A stretch of 64,000 nucleotides of DNA from Octopus vulgaris (taxonomy: Eukaryota). Positions 12,710-27,000 of this stretch are shown here, one piece after another (the first letter of the stretch is position 1; each line of letters starts with the position of its first letter). Both the position numbers and the translations under genes were made by a program. The stretch is from NCBI GenBank assembly GCA_951406725.2, contig OX597818.1:43586001-43650000 (forward strand), given 5' to 3'. The notes under the pieces are model-generated. The model was not told the origin of the DNA and did no database searches. It worked only from the letters and a program-made list of their open reading frames with translations.

Positions 12710-15700
12710 CTTCTAACCTTGTGCCCTTCCTTTGAAAAATTCCTGGGACCACACCTGATCTTATTTGTAAAGATTCTATGAACAATCATATAGTTTGGAA
12801 CCTAAGTGCAACATACAAGCCACATAAACATATGCCAATCTGGAACTGTTCCAGTTTTATTCAATTTGCATTCTTGAATAATTAATTACAGGATCAATAT
12901 TAATGCTCCAAAAATATATCACTTCAAGCAACTGCTTTCAAAATAATTTACAGGAAAAGAAACTTTAGCTGAAACCATTTTACAACATTGTGGAAAATGT
13001 TCATCAACATTTTAGACATATTTTTCAGTTTGCAATTTAGTTGGACATTTCAATCAAACCTCACTAATGTATGCAAGATGTTAGGTGACTCTTCATAAAC
13101 TATATAGAGGGTGTAGACTTCATTTAAAAAATTGTATGTTGTATAAATAGGTTCAGTAGTTGAAATTTTCTGCAGGTAATTACAATTGTATTGAAACAGA
13201 GATAAATTTTCAGGATGAATCCACTTGTGTATGCTGACAGGTACTTGCAACAGAAATATGCATAACAAATGAGAGGTAGTGATCAGCGAAGAATACAAAA
13301 CTTGAGGTCCTAGATCAGTATTTCTCAATGGTGGCAGTTTTTGTGTCACTCCACTCACAGAAGGCAAAAAGAGAATTCTTGGGGTCAAAAAGTAAGAATA
13401 AATTTGTTGGAAGGGGGTCAAAAATTTATTCAAGCAATAATTGAAATCAGATTATTTTTAAATGCCTCGTCAAGATTTTGAAATATTTTGGGGGTTATAT
13501 ATATATATATATATATACGATCAGTGATGTTGAAGGGAATTGATATGAGAATTACAATGTGATAGGAGTCGTCATTCAAAAATTTCTCTGGCAGTTTAGT
13601 CATGAGTATGCATTCAACATTCAGTTCTTAATGAGGGGTGTACACGAGTGTTCTAATTTATTATAAACTTTTCTGACAGCAAACTGGCAGAATAATTCAC
13701 ATGCCAAACAAAAATGCTTAACACCATTTCGTTCTATGTTCAATTTCTGATGAGCTTGACTTTTCCTTTCACCCTTTCAAGGTCAATAAAATAAGTACCA
13801 TTTGAGCACTGGGGTCAATGTAATCAAATTCCCCACCCAGAAATTGCTGGCCTTGTGCCAAAATTTGAAACCATTATTTATTATAAATTTTCCTTCTAGT
13901 GTTCTAATGCTCCTTAAATTTTGCATTTGTTCCTTAACTTCATTGTTACTTTTCAAAACTTCATTTAAACACTCAATTACAGCTTGTGCTATTAAGACTA
14001 AATAAAGTGTTTAAAATGTTGTTTTGTCATGATTAAAATTGATAAGGAGTGCTAACATGTATGAATTTTATTTTCTTTTGATATTGCTGTAGGTTTCCAG
14101 GGGAGGATACAACTTTGACCTACTTTTCATGAATAAAGGCTACTTTAACTTCAGCTTGTGTTACTAAAATGATAACATAATTAATATTTGTGTGCTTTGT
14201 AGTGCATTCACAGCTAGCAAATTAGTGCAATTTAAATATAAAAAGTAGTTGGCAATTCACTTAATTGTGATAAAATGTTCTTCTATAACTAGCACCACAA
14301 CAAAATTGAAAAAATGATTAAGTCTAACAATGAATGATAGTATAAGGACAAAATTTGTGAAACTGAGAGGGTTTTTTTTTTATACCAATTCCACCATTTT
14401 TCAAACAATACATCTAACTGCACCCCAGTTGTTTTTACAAATTGCACATTTTTAAAAATAGCTTATTGTAATTACATAATGCACAAGTCTTATTACTAAT
14501 ATCAAGCAGTGTCAGCACCAGCATTTTTGTCATAGCCTGAGCAAAGTTCAGCCAGAAAACTATGGAGACGGGTAAATTTCATAAAATATCATGAGTTTTC
14601 ATGTAACAAGTCAAATTCAAAGATACTTCTCTGCTTCATTGCAAACTTAGTACAGCCAGCTTGTCACTTATTGGCGAGTATGGCTTGTAAACATGTATCA
14701 TGCCTTCCCTGATTGTCTTAGACGCCTGTGTAGTAGTGAATAGACATAGACACCATCTCAGCCTCCTCATCTTTAATCGAGTGGAGCATCCAAGATATGA
14801 TGCCTTGCAAGTGGGAGGATTGTACCAGCTCTCTAGGTGGTACTCATTATTACAGCTGAGCAGATTGAAGAAATGTGAAATGAAGCATGTTTCTCCAGGA
14901 CATAACATGGTCTGAGAATCAAAATTATGACTTTTATGATTGCACACCAAACACCATAAGCACCCTGTCATGTGATTTCACCATTGCAAATTTAAAATAG
15001 TATGAGACATAACTGGCAGAGAAGATTTTAAATAAGTTACAATATAAACAGAATGAATGACCATGGGATTGCACCTAGAAAGTTATCCTCTGAGGCACAA
15101 GTCTGAGCAAGGTTGTTTATGGAAGACCAGTAGTTGCCCATGCATGCCATCCTCCCCTCTTCACACTACTGATGTTCTCCAAGGGAAAGGCAAAGGCCAG
15201 TACAGCTTGGCACCAGTGCTGTCGCAACTCATTTCTACAGCTGAGTGAACTGGAGCAGTGTGAAGTGAAGTGTCTCGCTCAAGAACGCAATACAGAGCCC
15301 AGTCCAGGAATCAAACTCACTACCTCATGATTGTAAGCCTGATGCTCTAACCCAGGGGCAGGTAAACCCCTGCCCGTGGGTGCAATTGCACTCACAGGCT
15401 GGTGTATTTGCATGTTCAAAATATAGCCAATTTTTCAATTATAAAATTTATATGATACTCGTATGCCTATTTGCAACCTAGGTCGCGTTTCCATGACAAC
15501 TTAAAACAGTTAAACTAAAACAGAAAATTGTCCAGCAATTGCCATTTGATTGGAAATTTTGTTATCACCATAAAACATATTGCTAAGTTTGTACCACCTC
15601 CTTGGACAATTCCACTTGAAACAATTGGGTGGTCAACAAATTTGAAGTAGTGCTAAGTGTTATTAATGGTAGAGTGCATATGTATTATTTTAGTGAATAT

Positions 15701-17949
15701 CTTTGTTTTTGCAGATTACTGATAAGAGGACTAGAGGAATGGCAGCAGATAAGTCTAGGTATGATGTAGATAAAATTGAAAGCAATGAAAAAGGAATTTA
15801 GTACTATGGTTGGATTAGTTTAGCAAGGAATAGTGTGAAAATGATACGATTTCATTATACATACAAACACCCACATTTTTTTAACTGGTTTCAGTAATTG
15901 GACTATGCTTACACTATTGCTGAATTCTTATTTCAGTATGTTACTTATTTTATCACTCTATTTGTCAGACTGTTAAGTTATAGGACATAGTTACCCACAT
16001 TGATTTTTTTAAATGAAATAAACATAAATACAGATACACATATATGTACATAACAAACTTCTACACAATTTCCACCAACAAAATTTCATTTACAGAGCTT
16101 TAGACAACTCAAGGTTACAGTTGGAGACATATATGGAAAGTGCCAGGCAACTGAGCCAAATTTAGAAAAAAGGCATTACAAAAGTGAATTCCTTAACCTC
16201 ACAACTATGTCTGAATATATTATATCCATATAAAGAATTGATATATAAACATCAAGAAATAAATACACAGTAATTAAGAGCTCAATAGCATGTCATTAAA
16301 CTCTGACAAGTTGTTACATTGCAGCAAATTCAAATGGGACCAACTTGCAGGTATATATATATATATATAGTTGGTTAATGTTATCTTTAAGAGCAATGTT
16401 TTTAGCATACATTTCAAATAGAGCATACTTCAGTTGTGGTCAACAGCTGTTTCATTAAGATAAACACTGCCAAATGTATAATTACATAATTGTGGTACGT
16501 AAGTCAAATTACTTTAAAACCAGTATTCACCCAAATCATCAGGAGTGTTATGTTGTTTATCAGAAAACTAAAAAAATTAAGTATCACAGCCTCGGGCCGA
16601 CCAAAGCATTGAGAGGGGATTTGGTAGATGGAAACTAAAGGAAGCCCATTGTGTATATATATATATAATTTTCTAGATGGTGTAATTTAATTGCTCATTT
16701 TGAATTGATGAAAGGTGTTTTTTTTCTAATTTTTTTATATATATATTATATTGTGCGAAATTTGATTTAGTATTTCTAAATTGAATTTTTTTCCTTGTAA
16801 GTTTTGGATTTTATTCCCTCAAATAATAATTATTATATATATATATATGTATGTATGCGTGTGTATGTGTTTGTTCCTCCAACATTGCTTGACAACCGAT
16901 GATGTGCTTACATCCCCGTAACTTAGCAGTTCGGCTAAAGAACTGATGGAATAAGTACTTGGCTTACAAATCCTGGGGTCGATTTGCTCAACTAAAAGGC
17001 AGTGCTTCAGCATGGCTAGTCAAAGGACTGAAACATGTAAAAGAATACCCTTATTGTATGGACATCAAAGTTTGTAACAAGATCCAGATCAGTTGAATTT
17101 AAAACAATAATAGTATTTTCCCTCAATTCACCAACATAGAATGATTAAGGTTTGACCAGGAGTACATTAAAACTTCATTTTGCAAACCAATGCAACAATA
17201 GTGAGAGTGCAGGTATTGCTATGTCCTTGCTCCGCCCTTGATGTCAAGTGGACAAAGTGTCAACAACACCAAAATGATTACATATAGTTTTAGTGATAAT
17301 TCTCTTGACCCCACTGCCCTAAAAATAAAACGTCTTTCATTTTATAATACTCTTTCAGCTGAAATTTTAAAACCTTTAAGACATCTTGACATTTTAAAAA
17401 CAAATCATCCAGCTAAAGCTAATAAAACTATTACAAAAAAACTGAAAGTTGTATCCTTATTTAGACAATTGTAAAATTATATAAAAATAAGAGAATCACC
17501 ATTATCATCATTTAACCCTTTCATTACTGTATTTATTTTGAGATGCTCTGTGTTTCTTTCAATTATTTTAAACATAACAAAGAATTTAGTAAAATAACTT
17601 AGTTATCATTAAGCTAGTGTTAGGAACGTAAATTGTGACTAAGGCTTGGTGGAATATTTTAATTCAAAACTTATGAAAACAAGACATTTTACCACAGAGC
17701 CAGAGCCGGTTTAGTAACAAAAGGGTTAACATACATATTCCATGCTAGAATGAGTAAGACAGAGCATTCATAACTAGCTGCTATCTTGTTTCCTGAAGAG
17801 TACATTTATCTGGCTTGCATGTTCATCACAACATACTTGTGTTTCATCATTCAGGCACACTAACACTATACATTGAACAAAGAATGCATCCTTTCTTTTT
17901 AGCCTTTGCACATTCTCTGTATTTAATGCCCGTGATTTGTTACCATGCA

Positions 17950-18790
17950 ATATTGCATTTTGTGTAAAAACATTATATAGCCAATCAAATTTTGTACACT
18001 GCAGAAACCACTCTTTGGACCTAGTCCTCCAAGAAGTTGGATTTACATTTGCCCTGGTCACTGCTGCATTGAATTTTATTCACCAATGTACCTCCCTTGG
18101 ACACACAAAGACCTGTTGAGGCAAGCGAAGTCAAAATCGAACCTCATCCGACGACAGGCACCCATGCCAACCCCCCTTCTCTGCTTGCGAAGACCTGTTG
18201 GGGCAAGTGAAATCGAAATTGAACCAATCCTATGACTGGCACCCGGCAGTTGCCAGGACCCCTGGACTGGTGGTACGTAAAAAGCGCTATCCGTATCGTG
18301 CTGGATGCCAGCGTCGCCTCGACTGGATTCCGTGCCGGTGGCACGTAAAATGCACCAATCCGATCATGACCGTTGCCAGCCTCGCCTGACACCTAAAAAG
18401 CACCCACTACACTCACGGAATGGTTGGCGTTAGGAAGGGCATCCAGCTGTAGAAACACTGCCAGATCAGACTGGAGCCTGGTGCAGCCTTCTGGCTTCCC
18501 AGATCCCCGGTCGAACCCATGCTAGCATGGAGAACGGACGTTAAACGATGATGATGATGAATGTACCATTCTTCTGAAAGCGCTATGGATAAGCCTTTGT
18601 GATGAGGATGTTCAGCACACTTTTGCTGTTTGAAGACCTGACTCCGTACCATAAAGACGCAACACAGTCTGATACACTGTGCTGTAATGTATGTACATAA
18701 GAACTTGAGCAAGGAAAACCCTTTGGACATTCTCTTGGAAAACTTCATTGCCAAAACGAGCAAGCACAGAAAATTCTTTTAAATGATTTG
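17950..18790 (+). mobile_element. hAT transposase relic split by a SINE insertion
   Basis: FVHCRNHSLDLVLQEV (CxxH motif, ~17990-18040) and LKT*LRTIKTQHSLIHCAVMYVHKNL...FIAK (C-terminal dimerisation domain, ~18630-18780). Confidence 0.65.
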
Positions 18791-20860
18791 AAGCATTACT
18801 TTTCCATATATAATAATAAAATATCTTACCTATGTTTGTTTTGATATTAAGATTGAAAAAAAAAAAATCAGCCTTGTTTGGAGAGAATTCGTTCCCAACA
18901 GGTGCAATAGCTTCTTGAACATTTCCTGCTCTCTTATTTTGGATACTATGTTTTAGGAGCACTCATCTTACCTCCACTGCTGATGTCACTGAGTAATAGT
19001 AGCTATTGAAAGAATGTTTCATGGATACTCATACTAACTACTCAGTATATCTGGTACAAAATCTATTTCAACCTGCTAGTGATCTCTGCATATCATCCAT
19101 CAACACGCAAAAGAATTCCCAGACTCTTTTTCCGTACATTAAGCATGGCCGTACAGTCCAATATTTCTTGCAACATTTAATTTTAGACTTGATTCTAGGC
19201 TGCTTTTGTTTGGAACTCGTTCTTTGATTCAACTTTGCAAAGTGAGTTGTTGGTACAGTTTTTAAGGACACCCAATCTTAAATTCTTTGTTATGATAGAG
19301 AGAAGTATAATAAACAGGAAAGAAACAAGAACAAAACTATTGGACAACCAACCTAAATGCTTGATAAACATTGCTAACAGATGTAATATAAAGCTTGTGT
19401 TGCTCTCACAAGTCATTTATCTACCCCTGGTTTTCTTAGGTATCACCACTATACAGGTGGAGGCACATGGCCTAGTGGTTAGAGCAACGGACTCGCAGTC
19501 AAGGGATTGTGGGTTCAAATCTCAGACCGTGTAATGAGTGTGTTTATGAGCGAAAACACCTAAGCTCCACACAGCTCCAGCAGAAGGTAATGGTGAACTT
19601 CTGCTGACTCTTTCACAATTTTCTTTTACTCTTTCCTACTGCATCTTGCAGCTCACCTGCAACGGACTGGCGTTCTGTCCAGATGTGGACCCTATACGCC
19701 AAGGAAACTGGCCCTTATGAGCCAGGCGTGGCTCGAGAAGGAACAAACAAGAAAACCACTACACAGTGTATGGAACACACATGGACAAACAGATACAAAT
19801 CCTAATTGTTACTCACCCAATATATGATGATGTTTAGGTAGCTGCTTCCACATTTCAAAACTATGAACTGAAAACAGTACCACAAGTTAACATGAAGTGC
19901 AATATGCTTAACAGTCGTTGGAGTCATGCTTTATGAATGTTGTACTAAGGTTTTGGCAAAAAGAAATGGGAATCTGTTACTAGGAACGTCTTTGTCACTC
20001 AGTCTGTGCCAACTTGCATAAAGGTCAATTAAAGCCAACAGATAGCTTGACTTCAGCCAATGGAATCAATCTTCTTTCTGCTGTGCCAGTGGTACATAAA
20101 AAGCACTCAGCACACTCTGTTAAGTGGTTGGTGTTAGGAAGGGCATCCAGCTGTATAACCTATACCACAAGACAATTGGAGTTTGGCCGGCTCCATGTCA
20201 AACCGACCGACATATACCAGTATAGAAGACGGACAATAAACAATCACGATGATTCATTTATGTTTCAGTCATTTGATTGTGGCCATGTTGGAGCACCGTC
20301 TTTACTCGAACAAATCAACCCCAGAATTTATTCTTTGTAAGCCTAATACTTATTCTATCGGCCTCTATTGCCAAACTGCTAAGTTACAGGGACATAAACA
20401 CACCAACATTTGTTGTCAAGTGATGGTGGGGAGGACGACAGGCTTCTTTCAGTTTCCGTCTATGAAATCCACTCACAAGGCTTTGGTTGGTCCGAGGCTA
20501 AAGTAGAAGACGCTTTCCCAAGGTGCCACACAGTGGGGCTGAACCTGGAACCATGTGGTTGTTAAGCAAGCTACTTACCACACAGTCACTCCTGTGTCCT
20601 ATATGATGATGAAACTCAAATCCTCTGTGAAAGAAGTCACAATGGCATTTATCATTTACAAAGCAAGTATCAAATTGCTACTGTCAGTTAATTTCCACTC
20701 ACAAGAAATAAGCTGGTTGCTGCTTGATATATCACAGTAAAGCATTAACCACACTTCAACACATCCTTTCATTAGCTTTTGTGATTGCACAAAATACTCA
20801 TTAACAACTCCAGGAAATTATTCAGAAAAAAAACACACAAAATGCAAATATTTTGAATAT

Positions 20861-20866
20861 TTTAAT
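20861..20866 (-). terminator. ATTAAA polyadenylation signal of copy A
   Basis: CTGATTAAAA context conserved with copy B, ~210 nt after the stop, followed by GU/U-rich sequence. Confidence 0.6.
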
Positions 20867-21073
20867 CAGATTAAATTTACATACAATATCAATGGTGAAA
20901 AAAACTCATGATTATGTACAAATGAAATCACATATGTTTAAAACAGAATTTAAAATGACTTTACTGGTGTCATTAGATGTTTGTGATTGAATTCATAAAA
21001 TAAGGTGAAATGACCATCTATCACTCAATAGGTACAAAAGCCACAGCTCTCACTTCCATGCTGCTAAATACCA

Positions 21074-24000
21074 TCAGTCACTGTCACTGAAAGTCTTTTT
21101 CTTCCCGGTTCCTTTAAAAAACAAACAAGCAAAAAAAAAAAAAAATTGTTTAGAAAATATCACAAGTAAATTAATATTCATTTATTTATCTCAAACTTCA
21201 AATACAAAACACAAGATCAAAAACAAAAGAAAAGAAAAAAGAAAGAAAAAAGGCCTTACATACCTCCAAAGCTACTTCGTCCTCCACCACCAAAACGTCT
21301 GCCACCTCCACCACTACCACCACCACCACTACCACCACTACCACCACCACGTCTGCCATAACTGCCACCGCCACCACCACCACGACGTCCTCCGTAACCT
21401 CCGCCACTATGTCTACCACTGTAACCTGCACAATCAAATTTCAAACTAAGAAAATCACATGTCTTAACTCCTGAAAACAATCTATTAATTATCTGGTTTA
21501 TACAAGGCTTAACCTTTTTTTAATACAAATCCACCTAAAACTGACCTTGGTTCTATGATAGAAATTTCTTGTTTTAAATTAAACTTTGCATCAAAATTTC
21601 ATGTCAATTTATATTCCATACATTAACTTAATAATAATCATTTGTCTTTTACTTGTTTGTCATTAGACAGTGGCCATCCTGGGGCACCAATTTGAAGAAT
21701 TTTAGTCAAATGAATTGACTCTAGGACATCTTTTTTTTAAAACCTAGTACTTATTCTATTAATCTCTTATGCCAAACTGCTAAGTTACAGGGTGTAAACA
21801 CATTAACACTAGTTAACTGGTGGGGTACAAATGCACACACACACACACACATACGACAAGCTTCTTTCAGTTTCTATCTACAAAAATCCATTCACAAGGC
21901 TTTGGTTGCCCTGAGGCTATAGTAGAAGATACTTGCCCAAAGTGACACACAGTGGAACTGAACCCAGGTTTGGAAGCAAACTTTTTACCATAAATCCACG
22001 CTTGACAAAGTTATCTTAATAAATTCGTTATTTTCAAAAATAATTAAAACAAAGTCAGTGTGATTTAACAGAAATATGGTAATAAAAGGACTTAAAGGTT
22101 AAAGTGTGATAAAAAAAATAACTGAACTAGCCACTAAACAATATTATGACGGTCATGAAAAGAATTTCTCATAGACACCTCAAAACTAATTAAAACAGCC
22201 AGACGTTAACAAAACAGTCAGCAAATATCTTTGTTGGTCTCGAAAAAAGAATTGTCTATTAACACCTGACTGTAGTGATGAGCTCAATGTCAATATTTAG
22301 AGGTACAAAGAAATTAGAAGTTCAATTATCTGAATATAATTTTAACATGTTTACTGCATAAAAGCTGAAGTAAGAACACAACCCTTTAGCATTTAAACCG
22401 GCCCTAACTGGCTCAAATATTCTACCTGTTTTATGCTCAAACCAGCCAGCTCTCAACTCTCACACGTACCCTATGATATCATTCTTAAAATATACATTTA
22501 TATCATCAAAATCTCAAAGCTACAAGGTAACACATAATTAATTGAAAACAGTGTGAGTAAATAAGCATTACATTTGACAAAGTAATCTGATCGTTAAAGG
22601 GTTAAATAAAATAGGCGCAGGAGTGGCTGTGTGGTAAGTAGCTTGCTAACCAACCACATGGTTCCGGGTTCAGTCCCACTGCGTGGCATCTTGGGCAAGT
22701 GTCTTCTGCTATAGCCCCGGGCCAACCAATGCCTTGTGAGTGGATTTGGTAGACGGAAACTGAAAGAAGCCTGTCGTATATATACATATGTATGTGTGTG
22801 TGTTTGTGTCTGTGTTTGTCCTCCTAGCATTGCTTGACAACCGATGCTGGTGTGTTTACGTCCCCGTCACTTAGCGGTTCGGCAAAAAGAGACCGATAGA
22901 ATAAGTACTGGGCTTACAAAGAATAAGTCCCGGGGTTGATTTGCTCGACTAAAGGCGGTACTCCAGCATGGCCGCAGTCAAATGACCGAAACAAGTAAAA
23001 GAGTAAAATATACCAATATTTAAAATTATTTCAGACCAACACCCTATACAATCAGATTGTGTCAGATGTCACAATCCACTCCAACAAAATGAGGTAAATC
23101 AAAAGTTACTGTACCTCCACTACTTCTTCCATCACCATCACCCCTGTTTCTAGCAAAGCAACATCGAACAGTTCTGCCATCAATGTTAGAGTCATCATGT
23201 TTGTTTAAAGCACTTTTAGCTTTTGATGCAGATTCAAATTCCACAAAAGCAATTCTAAACAAAATAAATAAATGTCCTTTTCAAGAGCAATCAACAAACA
23301 TAACTGATGTTAAAAAGGAAAATATACAAATGATCAGCCAGAAATTAAAAACGTCCTAAGCGATGTAGCTGTTTTTACATACCCTTTTAGCTTTCCAGTA
23401 TCTGAATACATTGGTATTCGTACATCAGTAGCATCTTTGAAATATGATCGCAAAGAATCCTCTGTTGAATCATAGGATAGATTTCTAATTAACAGCACAC
23501 TGGATTCTTCAGGTTGATCTAAAATATAAAAAAAAATCAAGTGTGTGTATGTGTGTGTAAGACAGAAGAGTGTGCTGGTATGGATGAGAACAGCTGCATA
23601 AAGAGCATAAAGAAGTACTGATCCCTAACTGTGGAAGGAACCTATGCAAGGAACCCAAGAAGATGTGAAGCGAGGTGGTGAAATATGATCGTTGGTTTTT
23701 GAGCCTCTTAGAGGAGATGACAAGAGACTGAGACTTCTGGCAATTTTCCTGCTTGAGAAGACACAAGCCAAGTGAGATTGTGGTTATCCACATATGCACG
23801 CATGTCCTTTTCAGCCATATCCCCACCCCACACAATACCCGACTTCTGTCAAACTGCCACCAGACTCTTCCCCTCTACTCTCCCTCATGCACCTCACATG
23901 CTGCAGGCCCCTCCACTCTCTCGTGTGTCTATCTACATGCTCCCCATGCCTCACATACCTTCCCTACCTCTTTCCCAACCACTCTAATTTCCCTCATTAT

Positions 24001-27000
24001 CACTTACTACAGTCATGTCTTCCTCATTCCCAAACATATACCCTCACACTCACATGGAATATCCCTCTCTATCTCCTCTGCACAACCTATACTCCCCTCC
24101 ACTTTCCCCTGTGGATAAACTCCAATACATCCCCACACCATCTATTTCTCTCTCCCAACTCCCTTCTCCTACTAGGATAGCCAGATAATTCCTCTTAGTA
24201 AGATGACTACCTCTGTCCTTCCATCATACTTCAACCTCCTGTCTGGCACATTAATCCCCTTGATTCACTCCCTCTCTCAACCAAGAGGCCTTTGCCTTGC
24301 AAGTTACCCATGCTGGTAAAATGTAAAAGGCACCCAGTACACTCTGTAAAGCAGTTGGCATTAGGAAGGATATCCAGCCATAGAAACCAACCCAAAACAG
24401 GTGACTGGAGCCTGGTGGAGCTCTCTGGCTTACCAGCTCCGATTAAACTGTTGAACCCATGCCAGCATGGAAAACAGACATATGATAGGATATTAATGCA
24501 CACACTAACTTGAGTTAGTTTCAATCCGAATCCCTAACAAATACAAATACAAAAAAAAAAAAAAAAAAAAAAAAAGCAAAAATTACCATTAAAGCCACGT
24601 CTTCTGTTTTTTGAAGAACCACTTGCATAATCCAAGAACAATTTTTGGTCGCCACACTCAACCCCTTGTTTATTTTCAACAGCATCCTTTACTTCTTCAG
24701 CACTACTAAACTCAATGTAGGCAAACCTAGGTGCAAAAAAAAAAAAAAAAAAAAAATAATAATAAGACAAAAACATACGCAGTAGTTTTACTAATATTAT
24801 AAATAGTTTGAGTTAAGCCTTGCACATGGGAACCCTCTCGTTTCTAAAATTTTTGACAAGCCCTTTCTTATTTGAACTATTAAAATCTAGTCGCTTTTTG
24901 CAAAACTACTGCAAAGACCTTTATCTAATATGACAAAACAAGAACATCCAAACATATGATTCTCTAATTGATAAGCAATTCAATAAAGCTTACCCTCTAT
25001 GTGCATTCCCCCTGAATGGAATTCTAACATTTTGTGCATCAGGGAATATCTCCATCAGATTGCTCCTGATACTATCTTCTGAATCATCGAAGGACAAATT
25101 CTTCACAAACAGGGATTTTGAATCATCCTCTGTAGAAGGGGAAGAGAAAAAGTAAGTTCATCAACTTCAACTGAAATTTGCAGTGTTCAGTGTATCATCA
25201 CAACAGGACATCTTGTGCAATTAAAAGAAAAAAAAATTCAGGAAAACAAATCAACATACCCTTGCTCCTTTCTGGTTTTGATGCCCCTAAGGGTCTACCT
25301 TTTTCAAATGCCAACATAGACCCTTTATATTCAAGATTTTTCATTGCTAAAACTGTATCAAGATCATCAGGATTAGCTAAGTCAATGTGGGCAAACCTAT
25401 AACAGAAAGCAATAAAAATGAATGAGGATAAAGTAGAGAAAAGGACACGAAATGTAAAATGGCTAATAAACTATTGTAATACATACATTCTGTCATTACG
25501 CTTGCGAACAGATGTAAATGCAATTCCCTTCTTCTTAAGAAATTTCTCAAGTTTCTCAATGGTCACTTCCTGGGGAACATTTCTGCACAGAACAGTAACA
25601 GGTTCTGAAAAGGAAGATTAAAAAAATAAAGACTCAATACTAGCTTACTTTAATAACCAATGATATAGTCAGCAGTAAATAATGAACAGCAGTAAATAAT
25701 CAACTCATATTTTATTATAATTTCTATGAATAAAAAAATCAAAAAGAGCTTATATTAGGTATCACTGCAGAGCTCCATAGAAGGGAAACAAGCACAGCTT
25801 GACTACACAAAAACATGCTTTTGCCTGATGTCAAAATACATTTTTTCCTACCGACAGCTTTACACCTATTTCTTTACTACCCACAAGGGGCTAAACACAG
25901 AGAGGACAGACAAACGGATTAAGTCGATAATATCGACCCCAGTGCGTAACTGGTACTTATTTAATCGACCCCTAAAGGATGAAAGGCAAAGTCAACCTCA
26001 GCGGAATTTGAACTCCGAACGTAGCGGCAGACAAAATACCGATAAGCATTTCGCCCGGCGTGCTAACAACTCTGCCAGCTCGCCGCCGACAGCTTTATAC
26101 CATTTGAAAGTTCTGGGCGTGAACTTTCTTCTCGTATACTTTTCCTCAAAATCTGACACTTCCCTATTATGGCAGGTCCCCTCAATTACAATCATATTTC
26201 AACCCATTCACAATGTTTGTTCCACTTTTTGTTTCTGACTGCTGAACGGTAGACCTTGTTCAAGTTCAATGCATTTGAGCACTATAACTTGATTTTTGCT
26301 GAAAATGATAGTCATGAAGGAGGCTTTTGCTTTATTTTACTGAAAAAATTGCTGGAGGTAGGTCAGGTAATCCTTATGAAATAAAAAAGTGAAAATTTTA
26401 CTGTTAGAAAAGAACATATTTTCTTCAAGATTTTTATGTAATAAGAAAGAAAAGTTTCTCACGAATTCAATACAGCCATTGGTGAATCTGACTATGAAAT
26501 GGTGCAAAAACGCGAAGTCAATACAAAGGGGACTACCATGACTGCCCATATAGGATTAATGCATACTGATACTACTTGTCAAACACCAGTCTGACTAGCC
26601 ATCCATGTGTATGTGTAAGAAAGAACAGATTTATTAAGAAAAAAAAATGCTAGGTGTAAAGGTGTGTGTGTGTTTCTTTTTTTTTGATTGCTTAAATCTC
26701 AGCAAGAACTACCCTTGGTTAAAAAAAGACTCTTGTGTTCTTTCATACCAATCAATAAAATGTGTTTATGAAGAGAAAAACTATTGAAAGACATCAATAT
26801 ATGTCGGAGTGACAAAGAAACGAGGAAGGTACCAGGTGGCTGTGGGATGTGTTGGAAGCAACAGTTAATTCTCCCTTAAATCATGCTTTTTTGTTTGAAA
26901 ATATTTTCAAGAACGTTTTTTTTCTACTGAAAAGGCTCCTTCTATCCTTTTCAAGTTCGTAGTGTAAAAAAAAAAGAAAAAAAAAAGGGGGAATGAAGGG

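Noticed and set aside
22275-22333. GTGATGA...CTGA snoRNA-like spacing in A intron 12
   Set aside because: On the strand opposite the host transcript and not conserved in B.
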